Assembly: GCF_964213995.1 (NCBI RefSeq)
Contig: NW_027590173.1
Location: 434,001 to 498,000, forward strand
Source: Mustelus asterias
Taxonomy: Eukaryota
Reading direction: 5' to 3'
Length of the DNA stretch: 64,000 nt
Shown here: positions 11,380 to 22,205 of the stretch, piece by piece
Layout: each line of letters begins with the position of its first letter
Numbering within the stretch: position 1 is the stretch's first letter
Notes under the pieces: model-generated
Database searches by the model: none
What the model saw: the letters and a program-made list of their open reading frames with translations, nothing else
Told to the model about the DNA's origin: nothing
Program-made: the position numbers and the translations under genes

Positions 11380-11495
11380 CTAACCAATCAGAGAGAGAGC
11401 GTCACGAATTGACATCATTGTGAATGAGCCAATGGGGAACAGGGCTTTCAGCAATCCTTCATTAGCATAGGCCTCTGCTTTGGTCTATAAAAGAG
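11380..11495 (+). promoter_or_regulatory. H2B promoter: two CCAAT boxes, CRE-like sites, octamer-like ATTAGCAT (11461-11468), TATAAAA (11486)
   Basis: The order CCAAT-octamer-TATA is the established vertebrate H2B promoter layout. Confidence 0.7.
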
Positions 11496-11544
11496 GAGTT
11501 CCGAGCGCGACTCAGTGATTCTGTGTCTGAAATTAACTGTGAGG

Positions 11545-11919
11545 ATGGTGGATGAGAAGAAAGCAGCTCCTAAGAAGGGGGCGAAGAAAGTGATTAAGAA
11601 ACCGGTAGTAAAGGGCGGCAAGAAGCGGCGAAAGTCGAGGAAGGAGAGTTACTCCATCTACATCTACAAAGTGATGAAGCAGGTTCACCCCGACACCGGC
11701 ATCTCCTCCAAGGCCATGAGCATCATGAACTCGTTCGTGAACGATATTTTCGAGCGCATCGCGGGTGAGGCTTCCCGCCTGGCCCATTACAACAAGCGCA
11801 GCACCATCAGCTCCCGGGAGATCCAGACCGCCGTGCGCCTGCTGCTGCCCGGGGAACTGGCCAAGCACGCCGTGTCGGAAGGGACAAAGGCGGTGACCAA
11901 GTATACCAGCTCCAAGTAA
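11545..11919 (+). CDS. H2B: Histone H2B, replication-dependent (124 aa)
   Basis: [12 protein letters not shown]...[33 protein letters not shown]...TKYTSSK; intronless; first ATG after the TATA box. Confidence 0.97.
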   Translation: MVDEKKAAPKKGAKKVIKKPVVKGGKKRRKSRKESYSIYIYKVMKQVHPDTGISSKAMSIMNSFVNDIFERIAGEASRLAHYNKRSTISSREIQTAVRLLLPGELAKHAVSEGTKAVTKYTSSK

Positions 11920-11955
11920 AACCCCCCATGGACTGAAAAACATCCCAAACACAAC

Positions 11956-11971
11956 GGCTCTTTTAAGAGCC
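11956..11971 (+). terminator. Histone 3' stem-loop, with purine-rich HDE at about 11987-11997
   Basis: GGCTCTTTTAAGAGCC followed by GAAAAAGCTGT. Confidence 0.95.
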
Positions 11972-12855
11972 ACTCACAATCTCCCTGAAAAAGCTGTATC
12001 ATCCATTTAGTTTCAATTAATCTTTCACGCTGAAGCGTCTCGAACAATCTAATTGTTGTTTTTACTGTTGATCAATGATAGGTACTGAGTAATGCAAGTT
12101 GATCGCCCAGCGTCTGATTAATAATGTTTCATGAATTAATTAATTGGTTTCCGACCGCCTCTGCACTTAGATCTCAGAGGCCCGTTTCCCCGACTTTAGA
12201 GAGGGAGAGAGAGAGCTAATGGAGCAAATGTGTCAGCTTCCAATTCTGTTCGTTTGGTCTTAATAATCGATCAGTTTATTCCCTATCAGCCCCGGTTGTG
12301 CAGGAACCTCAGTCTCGGCACTGGTCAATTTACACCGAAAATGTTCACTCCCCTCTTGATTCTCACGAATATGGAGAACATCCCGTCCGTTTACAGAACG
12401 ATGTCAATGAGACTTTCTGGCGGCGAGTTCGAGAGTTTTAAAAAGGGCCGAGATTAACCCCGAATGGATCCAGGATTCTAAAAGCAAATCTGCAACTTGG
12501 GATAAAATGTGAAATGGTGCAAACACAGACTGATGTTTTAAACACTTTGTTGTTCAACAGTTAATTATTGAGAGATTTTATTTGAAATGTATTTCTTGTT
12601 TTATAAATACATCTGCGAACTTTTCAAAAATGAATAGTGAAAATTTTGTTATTTTCGACTTTTCCGAAAAACCCAGGCTGAAAATCAGAAACTGCCAGAT
12701 ACAGGTTAACTATAGACTGGGGAAGGAGAGAAAGGGAGATTCTTACATTACTCAAAATTAATTAACCATTACCTATTCGTATAATTTTCGAGACTCTTGT
12801 TCTTTCCGCTTTGGCGGCTTTTACAGTTTGAAATGAAATCGGTTGGAATCTGAGA

Positions 12856-13459
<604 letters not shown>

Positions 13460-13489
13460 AGCGCCCATTCTTTCATCTGATAACCCAAA

Positions 13490-13505
13490 GGCTCTTTTCA
13501 GAGCC
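13490..13505 (+). terminator. Histone 3' stem-loop
   Basis: GGCTCTTTTCAGAGCC, with GAAAAGGGCG downstream. Confidence 0.95.
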
Positions 13506-14479
13506 ACTCACTTTTTCTGGAAAAGGGCGATCTATTGTTTGCCCCTCAGATGCTGCGCTGCTATTCACAGTCCAGCTGTTTCCCGCTTTGTTTTATCAAT
13601 CCGGAGTTCCCCCTGTGTACGATAGTAAATAGACCCCATCAGTCTCGCAGCAGATAGAGGAATTCATCAGGCGAATACACCATCCACATTACGATAGTAT
13701 TGTCACAGGCAGTATTTTAATGCATGCAAGTTGCTGTTTTTTATTAATAGTTGATATCTGGAACTCGGGTTCTGATTTCAGTTAATCAACAATTTCATCA
13801 TTTGCGCCGTTTTTTGTGCAGCAAATAACCATCTGTGCAAACTAAGACTATTCCATTCTTACACAGATTATTACAGGTACAGAGAGGATTTGAAGTCTAT
13901 CTTCCGCCACTTAGTGCGTTAGACTCGATCTCCGACCCTTTTCTCTCAAGCCCATTCAGATTTAACATATAAACTCACAGGATCAGTGAAAGGGCTGCTT
14001 CCTGGCAGCAGGGAGTCAGAGATGGAGTTATTGTCACGGTGGATTGATCTGTTTCTGATTTGTTTACTGATGTTTTCAGTTCCCTCTCTATATTGAGCTC
14101 AAGTGAATAATTGAACGACATGGTGTCAGAATCAAGGTTTTTATAAATCCTTCAGTTTGCTTCATACCGAGTCCATCCCGGTGCATTATCGACAACAAGG
14201 AAGAATTTCGCAGTTGGAGAATTATATATTTTCCTCTGTCGGATGATCTGGGCGTCGCTCCCGGAACAGAGTAAAGGCGGGAATGAAGAGGTTATTCTCG
14301 GGCTGATCTGTTTCTTCCGCAGCTTTCCCAGAGGACGGAATCAGCGAGATTTCTGCACACACAGGACCTGAGTCCATTGCAGCGCTTGAAGATCTGCCTC
14401 CCCCCGGCGCTCCCTATTCTCCAGACACAAAGCTGCCTGTTCCACCGGCGGGATCGGGCCGGGGATTCTCTCCGCACTT

Positions 14480-14960
14480 CCCATTGTAACATTCCCGGCC
14501 GCTTTCAGGGGAGAGGATCAGAAATCAGCCGTTTCCCTCTGTCCCTGTGAAGCCTGTGTGAAGGGGTTGGTTGGTGATCTCTATGTTTCTGCTTTTCCAC
14601 TGAGCTGAGATTTGCTCCGTTTTAAATTGCTGAACGGGGTCTGATTACCGCGGGTTATAGATAAGAGATTGAGAAATTCAAACTGTTGCTAAAATAGCGC
14701 CAGGATTCTGTGGCGGAAAATACAATAAACAGATTATAAAGTGTGAGATTGAAATAGTTTCCTGAACATTCAGGCGTTCGGTTATTTTGTATTTTTCCTG
14801 CACTGAAATTGGCGGGTTTTTCCAATTTGAAAATGTGAACCAATCAAAACCTCCCATTTCTTCTCCCTGGCTCTCCGATTGGTTACCAATCTGATTGAAA
14901 TGTGAGTGACCAATCAGAGCTCGAGTCTGACTGCAGCCTCACAAACCGCTCACAATGATT
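14480..14960. promoter_or_regulatory. Gene-less CpG-rich E2F/CCAAT module, paralogous to the H3-H4 intergenic region (37980-38450) and to 61780-62240
   Basis: TGAAATTGGCGGG at 14804, TTTGAA, and four CCAAT/ATTGG boxes at 14839-14915. Confidence 0.6.
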
Positions 14961-15145
14961 ATTAACAGAGATTAAACTGACGGAATCTGTATCTTCTCTC
15001 TCACCTGTACTTGAATTTTAAAATATACTTTGTTTCCACAGACAAATTATTGAAGGAACGTGAATAAATGTGATGTCTCCTCCACGCAAGTTACAGGGAA
15101 GTGAGTCGCCGGCTCCTTCTCACGTTGTCTCTGACGGAGCTCAGA

Positions 15146-16380
15146 CAGTAAGAAGTCTCACAACACCAGGTTAAAGTCCAACAGGTTTATTTGGCAGCAC
15201 AAGCTTTTGGAGTCTCAGGCTCCTTCAGGTGAGTGAGAAGCTGTGTTCACAAACAGGGCACATACAGGCACAAACTCAATTTACAAGATAATGGTAAGAA
15301 TGCGAGTCTTTACAGGTAATCAAGTCTTAAAATTACAGACAGTGTAAGTGGAGAGAGGGCCAAGCACTGGTTAAAGAGGTGTGTATTGTCTCCAGCCAGG
15401 ACAGTTATTGATATTTTGCCCAGGCAAGTTGTGGGGGTTACAGATAGTGTGACATGATCCCAAGGTCCCGGTTGAGGCCGTCCTCATGTGTGCGGAACTT
15501 GGCTATCAGTTTCTGCTCAGTGATTCTGCGTTGTCATGTGTCGTGAAGGCCACCTTGGAGAATGCTTACTCGAAGATCAGAGGTTGAATGCCCATGACTG
15601 CTGAAGTGTACCCCGACAGGAAGGAAGCACTCCTGCCTGGCGATTGTTGAGCGGTGTTCATTCATCCGTTGTCATAGTGTCTGCATAGTCTCTCCAATGT
15701 GCCATGCCTTGGGACATCCTTTCCTGCAGCGTGTCAGGTAGACAACATTGGCCAACTCGCAAGAATATGTACCGTGTACGTGGTGGATGGTGTTCTCATG
15801 TGAGATGATGGCATCAGTGTCAATGATCCGGCACATTTACCGAGGTTGCTGTGGCAGGGTTGTGTGGTGTCGTGGTCAATGTTCTCCTGAATGCTGGGTA
15901 ATTTGCTGCAGACAATGGTCTGTTTGAGGTTATGCGATTGTTTGAAGACGAGAAGTGAGGGTGTGGGGATGGCCTTGGCGAGATGTTCGTCTTCATACTT
16001 GACATGTTGAAGGCTCCGGAGAAGATGTCGTAGCTTCTCCGCTCTGGGGAAGGATTGGACAATGAAGGGTACTCTGTCTATCGTGTCCTGTGTTTGTCTT
16101 CTGTGGCACATCGGAACTGTCGATCAATGAGCCGAGCACCATATCCTGTTGTTATGAGGGCATCTTTCAGCGTCTGTAGGTGTCTGTTGCAACACTCCTC
16201 ATCTGAGCAGATCCTGTGTATACGGAGGGCTTGTCCACAGAGGACGGCTTCTTTAACGTGTATAGGATGGAAGCTGGAGAAGTGGAGCATCATGAGGTTA
16301 TCCATGTGCTTGCGGTACAGTGAAGTGCTGAGGTGACCGTCCTTGATGGAGATGCGTATGTCCACGAATGCAACCAATTC
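15146..16380 (-). mobile_element. Penelope-like element 3' part (RT thumb, GIY-YIG and pLTR with a degenerate hammerhead)
   Basis: FVDIRISIKDGHLSTSLYRK...LHFSSFHP...QALRIHRICSD motifs; pLTR of the same family as 756-1292; absent from the right duplication arm. Confidence 0.9.
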
Positions 16381-16509
16381 CAGACACACAGACATCTTAT
16401 TAGTTCAACGGTCTCAGAGAGCAGAAATAGTTGCAGACACATTTTCAATCCATCAATCAAACAGAGCAGGAGAGACAGACATTTTTGTCCATGTGACTCT
16501 AAATATCCT

Positions 16510-16592
16510 ACCAGGATGGCCGAGTGATTAAGCGGTTGGACTTAAGATCCAATGGACTTCTGTCCGTGTGCATTTGAACCGCACTCCAATTA
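16510..16592 (+). pseudogene. tRNA-Leu(UAA) pseudogene
   Basis: ACCAGGATGGCCGAGTGATTAAGCGGTTGGACTTAAGATCCAATGGAC...; D-arm, T-arm/B-box and 3' acceptor strand mutated; paralog of 61456-61538. Confidence 0.85.
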
Positions 16593-16601
16593 AATGGACT
16601 T

Positions 16602-16740
16602 TTAACACTACATTCTGCACCCTCTCCTTTCCTTCTGCTCTATGTGCTGTATGAACTGTCTGCTTTGTCTGTATAGCACGCAAGAAAACAATACCTTTCA
16701 CTGTATACCAATGCATGTGACAATAATAAATCAAATCAAA
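16602..16740 (+). mobile_element. Rex1/Babar-like LINE 3' tail immediately after the tRNA-Leu
   Basis: Matches 50425-50545; ends in AATAAATCAAATCAAA. Confidence 0.75.
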
Positions 16741-17041
16741 CCCAGTACCATTGATAGTGGGATCCATAAATCCAAGTCCAAATTGACTCCTGCCATCAGA
16801 TCATCACAGTGTCAATCCCACAATAGAGCAGCCTTAGCTCCAAATTAAATATATGATAAAACTGACACATGGATTCTAATTAAAAGTTACACAATGAACA
16901 TTAATAATGTACTCTGAGATTCGACTTAAATACATCACGCAAATCAGGGGTTTTGAATTGACTGTACTAATGGCCACAGTGAATATTCACAAATACATTT
17001 GATACAAATCCAAATCTGAAATACATTCTCAGATTGAGGTA

Positions 17042-17185
17042 TGATTTGATTTATTATCGTCACATGTATTAGTAAATAGTGAAAAGTATTGTTTCTTGCG
17101 TGCTATACAGACAAAGCATACCATTCACAGAGAAGGATAGGAGAGAGTGCAGAATGCAGTGTTACAGTCATAGCTAGGGTGTAGA
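17042..17185 (-). mobile_element. Rex1/Babar-like LINE 3' tail
   Basis: TGATTTGATTTATTATCGTCACATG...GCTAGGGTGTAGA. Confidence 0.75.
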
Positions 17186-17229
17186 GGCCATCCTCACCGC
17201 CCCATATGGAACAGTGTGAGTGAGAGGAA

Positions 17230-17461
17230 ACAGAGAGCAGTGGTTAATGGTTGTGTTTCAGACTGGAGGAAGGTTTCCAGTGGAGTTCCCAGGGCTCGGT
17301 GTTAGGAGCCCTGCTCTTCCTGATATATATTAATGACACACACCTTGGTGTACAGGACACAAGCTCAACATTTCCACACGCCACCAAACTTGGAGGCATT
17401 GGCAACTGTGAGGAGGAAAGTGGGAAACTTCAATAAGACACGGGCAGCTTGGTGGAATGGG
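17230..17461 (+). mobile_element. CR1 RT fragment, also present in the right duplication arm at about 56090-56325
   Basis: QGSVLGALLFLIYIND motif. Confidence 0.75.
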
Positions 17462-17716
17462 AGTGGTACAGTGGTTAGCACTGCTGCCTCACAGCGCCAG
17501 GGACCCGGGTTCGATTCCTGGCTTAGGTCACTGTCGATGCGAAGTCTACACAATCTCCCCATGTCTGCATAGGTTTCCTCTGGTCATTGGTCATGCTAAA
17601 TGCTCTCTCAGTGTACCCAAACAGGCGCCAGAGTGCAGTGACTAGAGAGTTGTCAGAGTAACTTCATTGCAGTGTTAATGTAAGCCCTACTTGTGACACA
17701 AATAAATAAACTTTAC
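17462..17716 (+). mobile_element. V-SINE-like SINE with an alternative 3' tail
   Basis: HE1-like head; tail ...TTGCAGTGTTAATGTAAGCCCTACTTGTGACAC-AAATAAATAAACTTT. Confidence 0.75.
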
Positions 17717-17814
17717 AAGTGGCACTGGGGAATGTTCCAGCACAGATTGCCCTGTGGCTGTGCCTGGGCAAGTCAGTGTCCTGGATAGAGCACTTTCCGG
17801 GGCACAGAGCATTG

Positions 17815-18120
17815 TTTTTATTAATTCATGTGATGTGGGCATCACTGGCTTGTCAGGCCATTTCAGAGGGCACTTAAGAGTCAACCACATTGCTGTGTGT
17901 CTGGTGTCACATGTAGGCCAGAACAGTAAATTTGGGCAGATTTGCTTGCCTGAAGGAGCATCAGTAAATGAAGTGGGTTGTCATGACGTGGTCATCATTA
18001 GACCTTAATTCCAGTTTTTTTTTAAGTTCAAATTGCACTCTCTGCTGTGGTAAAATTTGCTCCCATTGCATTACACTGGAGCACTAGTCCAGTGACAATA
18101 CCACTACACCATTACCTCCC
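17815..18120 (-). mobile_element. Second tRNA-SINE family (as at 29998-30356)
   Basis: Reverse complement of GGAGGTAATGGTGTAGTGG...GTGGTTGACTCTTAA...CCCACATCACATGAAT. Confidence 0.7.
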
Positions 18121-18684
18121 CATGTGGGAACTGCGGCCGCCATGAGTGGATATTAGGAAGTGTTTTATCTCATGCTGATTGTCAGTGAGCTGAAACATGA
18201 ACTCTGTTTCTCTCTTTGCAGATGCTACCTGACCTGTTGTGTATTCCAGAATTTTCACCTTGTTTCAAAATTCCAGTGGCCACATGATTTTACCAGTGAA
18301 TTATTGTAGCTGTTGCTCAGAGAAATGAGGCCAGAAATGGACAAAGAATCCATTTGAACCAGGGTGGATGTTGGTTGTGAAAATTGGTGTCTCACTTTCT
18401 GTGAAGGTATGTTCTTGTTGGCTGGCTTTGAACTGGAGTGTTGATGGAGGAAAAGCTGATGGGTTTAACCCTGAGTACATTTGAGACCAGTCGGGCCCAA
18501 ACATTTCTCATCAAGGTGTCCTGTACAGTAACAGAGACTGACAGAGACATTGCACACTCATATAAAATTAGTAATGGAAAGGGAATCAGTTCTGCACTCA
18601 TATGCAGTGTCAAACGTAAGTTAATTCCACACTGAAATACTGAAACAGAGACTAAGAGAGTTAGTTCCACGTTGACATCAAATC

Positions 18685-19590
18685 AGAACATATGAAGCAG
18701 GAGTAGCAGAAGGCAATTTGTTCTTTCGGGTTGCCCCACCATTCAGTAAGATCGTGGTTGATGTGATTATGGCCTCAACTCCATTTTATTGCCTGCCCTA
18801 TAACCCTTGTCTCTCTCGTAGATCAAAATTCTTCCTACCTTAGGATGGAATCTAATCAATGCCAAAAATTAAGGACACTTTGAGAGGAGAAATTCCTTCT
18901 CATCTCCATCTTAAGTGGGGCATACTTTATTTTTAAACTGTGTCCTGTAGTTCCAATTTTGCCCATAAATGGAAACATTCCTCTCAACATCTACTCTGTC
19001 CAGTCTCCTCAGATTCTTCAATATGATCATCTCTCATTCTTCTCAACTTCTATGATATTAGCTTAACTTGATTAAACTTTCCTCATAAGATGACTCCTTC
19101 GTCTTAGCAATCAACCAAGTGAATCTTCATTGCCTACAATACAAGTGTTTCCCTCTTTAAATCAGAGAAAGCATATAAACGTGTAGACTCAGCAATGCCA
19201 TGTATTTGCAGCAACATTTCCCGACTTTTATACTCCACATATGTCCTTATAATTACAGTTAGATCCTCTGTACTGTAACATTCTGCTGTCTCTTCCTCTA
19301 ATTAAATAATGTTCTGCCTTCCAATTCTTCCCACTGAAGTGGAAAGCCTCACTCTTTCCTGCATTGTATCCTACCTGCCAGATTTGTGTCCACTCACTTA
19401 ACCTCTCTATATCCCCTTGCAGACTTTTTGTGTCCTCCTCACAACCTGCTTTCCCACTTACCTATATATTGCCTGAAAATTTGGTGTTGATCTGTCCCTT
19501 CATCTGGGTCATTAGTATAGATTGTAAATAGCTGAGAACCCAGCACTGATCCCTGTGGCTCTCTGCAAGCAGCAGCTTGCTAAGCTGACA
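18685..19590 (-). mobile_element. Decayed CR1 3' region
   Basis: CR1 tail at 18685-18760 and a CCCAGCACTGATCCCTGTGG (PQGSVLG) remnant. Confidence 0.65.
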
Positions 19591-19604
19591 GTGACCCACT
19601 TCCA

Positions 19605-22205
19605 TACAGTAACAGAGACTGACAGTTAATTGCATACATTATTAATAGATAGCTAGGGATTTATTTCCACAATCACACAGTAACAGATTGAGAGAGAGTT
19701 AATTCCACATTCACACTCAGTAATAGTTTGAGAGGGAGTTAATTACACATACACAGTAATTGGCTGAGAGAGTGTCAATTTCACACTCTCACACTGTAAC
19801 ATATTGAGAGAGAGTTATATCCACACTCTCACACAGTAATAGATTGAGAGAGAGTTCTTCCATCCTCACACACAACAATACAGTGAGAAACAGTTAATTC
19901 CACGCTCGCACACAGTGCAATAGATTGAGAGAGAGTCAATTCCACACTGACACACAGTAATAGATTGAGAGTTAATTCCACACTGAAACACAGTAATAGT
20001 TTGAGAGAGAGTTAATTACACACTCACACAGTGATAGATTGAGAGATTATTCATTGCACACTCGCACACAGTAATAGATTGAGAGAGATAATTCCACACT
20101 CTCTCACAATTCAATTCAGAGGGTGTTAATTCCACACACACACACTAACAGATTGAGATGGTTAATTCCACACTATCACATAGTAATAGATTGAGAGAGA
20201 GTTAATTCCACACACTCTCAGGAATAGATTGAGAGGGAGTTTATTCCACACTCATGCATAGTAATAGAACAAAGAACAATACAGCACAGGAACAGGCCCT
20301 TCGGCCCTCCAAGCCCGTGCCGCTCCCCGGTCCAGGATTGAATCCTGAAACCAGGATCCCCGCCCAATTTTCCAGCCTATCTACATACCAATATCCTATC
20401 CACCGAGCTGTCCCTCACAGCTACGATGCTTTGTTCATTACAACCTATTAACTCACCCCCACCCCCCTATTCCAGACCATGTGATCTCCAGGGAGAGGCG
20501 AAAACCCAGAGTGAAATAGATGGGAGTTAATTCCACCCTCTCACACAGTAATAGATTGAGAGAGAATTAATTCCACACTCACACTCAGTAATCGATTGAG
20601 AGAGAGTTAATTCCACACACTCTCAGGAATAGATTGAGAGGGAGTTAATTCCACACTCGCACCTAGTAATAGATGTGAGTTAATTCCACCCTCTCACACA
20701 GTAATAGATTGAGAGAGTATTATTTGCACACTCGCACTCAGTAATAGATTGAGAGATAGTTAATTCCACACTCACACTCAGTAATAGATTGTGAGAGAGT
20801 TAATTCCACACTGACAGAGCAATAGATTGAGAGAGAGTTAATTCCACACTGACAGAGCAATAGATTGAGAGAGAGTTAATTCCACACTGACAGAGCAATA
20901 GATTGAGAGAGAGTTAATTCCACACTGACAGAGCAATAGATTGCGAGAGAGTTAATTCAACACACACACAGCAATAGATTGAGAGAGCTACTTCCACAAT
21001 CACACAGAGGAATAGATTGAGAGAGAGTTAATTCCACACACACGCACACATGCACACACAGTAATAGGATAGAGTTAATTCCACACTCACATACAATAAT
21101 AGATTGAGAGAGTTAATTCTGCACAGTAATCGATAAAGTATTAGAAGAGAGTCATTTCCACACTCAAACACAGTAATAGAGTGAGAGAGTTAATTCTACA
21201 CTCACACACTAATAGATTGAGAGAGTTAATTCGACACTCATACACAGTAATAGACTGACAGAGGGTTATTTACACACTCACACACCTTAATAGATTGAGA
21301 GAGAATTAATTCTACACACAGTAACAGATTGAGAGAGTGATAATTCTATACTCTCACATAGTAATAGATTGTCAGAGAGTTACTGCCACACTCTCACATA
21401 GTAATAGATTGAGAGAGAGTTTCTGCCACACTGACACACAGGAGTAGATTGAGACAATTATAATTGCCGCTCTCACACACTAATGGATTGAGAGAGTCAA
21501 CTCCACACACACACACAGTAATAGATTGAGAGAGAGTTAGTTCCACACACACCACACACACACTCACACAGTAATAGATTGAGAGTTAGTTCCACACACA
21601 CACATACACACACACACTCACACAGTAATATATTGTCAGCTCGTTAATTCCACACACTCTCACACAGTCATAGATTGAGAGAGAGTTAGTTCCACATACA
21701 CACACACACAGTAATATATTGTCAGCTAGATAATTCAACACACTCTCACACAGTAATAGATTGAGAGGGAGAGTTAATTCCACACTCTCACAGTAATAGA
21801 CTGAGAGAGAGAGTTAACCACACACTAATAGATTGTCAGTGTTACTTGCACACTCTCTCACAGTAATAGATTAAGATAGAGTTAATTCCACACCGACACA
21901 CAGCAACTGATTGAGAGAAAGTTAATCCCACACCCACACACACTGTTAGATTGAGAGAGTTTTAATTCCACACACACACAGACAGTAATAGATTGTTAGA
22001 AGGTTAATTCCACCCAAACACAGCACTAGATTAAGATAGAGTTAATTATACACTGAGACACAGTAATAGATTGAAAGAGAGTTAATTCCACACTCTCACA
22101 CTAATAGATTGAGAGTTAATTCCACACCCATACAGTAATAGATTGAGAGAGTTGATTCTTCACGCACACTCGCTGATAGATTGAGAGAGTATTCATTGCA
22201 CACTT
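19605..22205. repeat. About 36-bp minisatellite (GAGAGAGTTAATTCCACACTCACACAGTAATAGATT)n, roughly 65 variable units
   Basis: Direct tandem repeats with GA/CA slippage; a homogeneous sub-block of near-identical units at about 20790-20960. Confidence 0.95.
20266..20515 (-). mobile_element. 5'-truncated copy of the extended CR1 3' UTR of the 31.6-36.5 kb element, inserted in the minisatellite
   Basis: Near-identical reverse complement of about 36259-36502. Confidence 0.9.

Noticed and set aside
11515-11544. N-terminal extensions given by the ORF track for H2B, the H2As and H3
   Set aside because: They start at or near the TATA/cap region, often at non-ATG codons; the conserved starts are downstream.
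19605-22205. CRISPR-like appearance of the roughly 36-bp repeats
   Set aside because: Head-to-tail units without unique spacers, no cas genes, vertebrate context.
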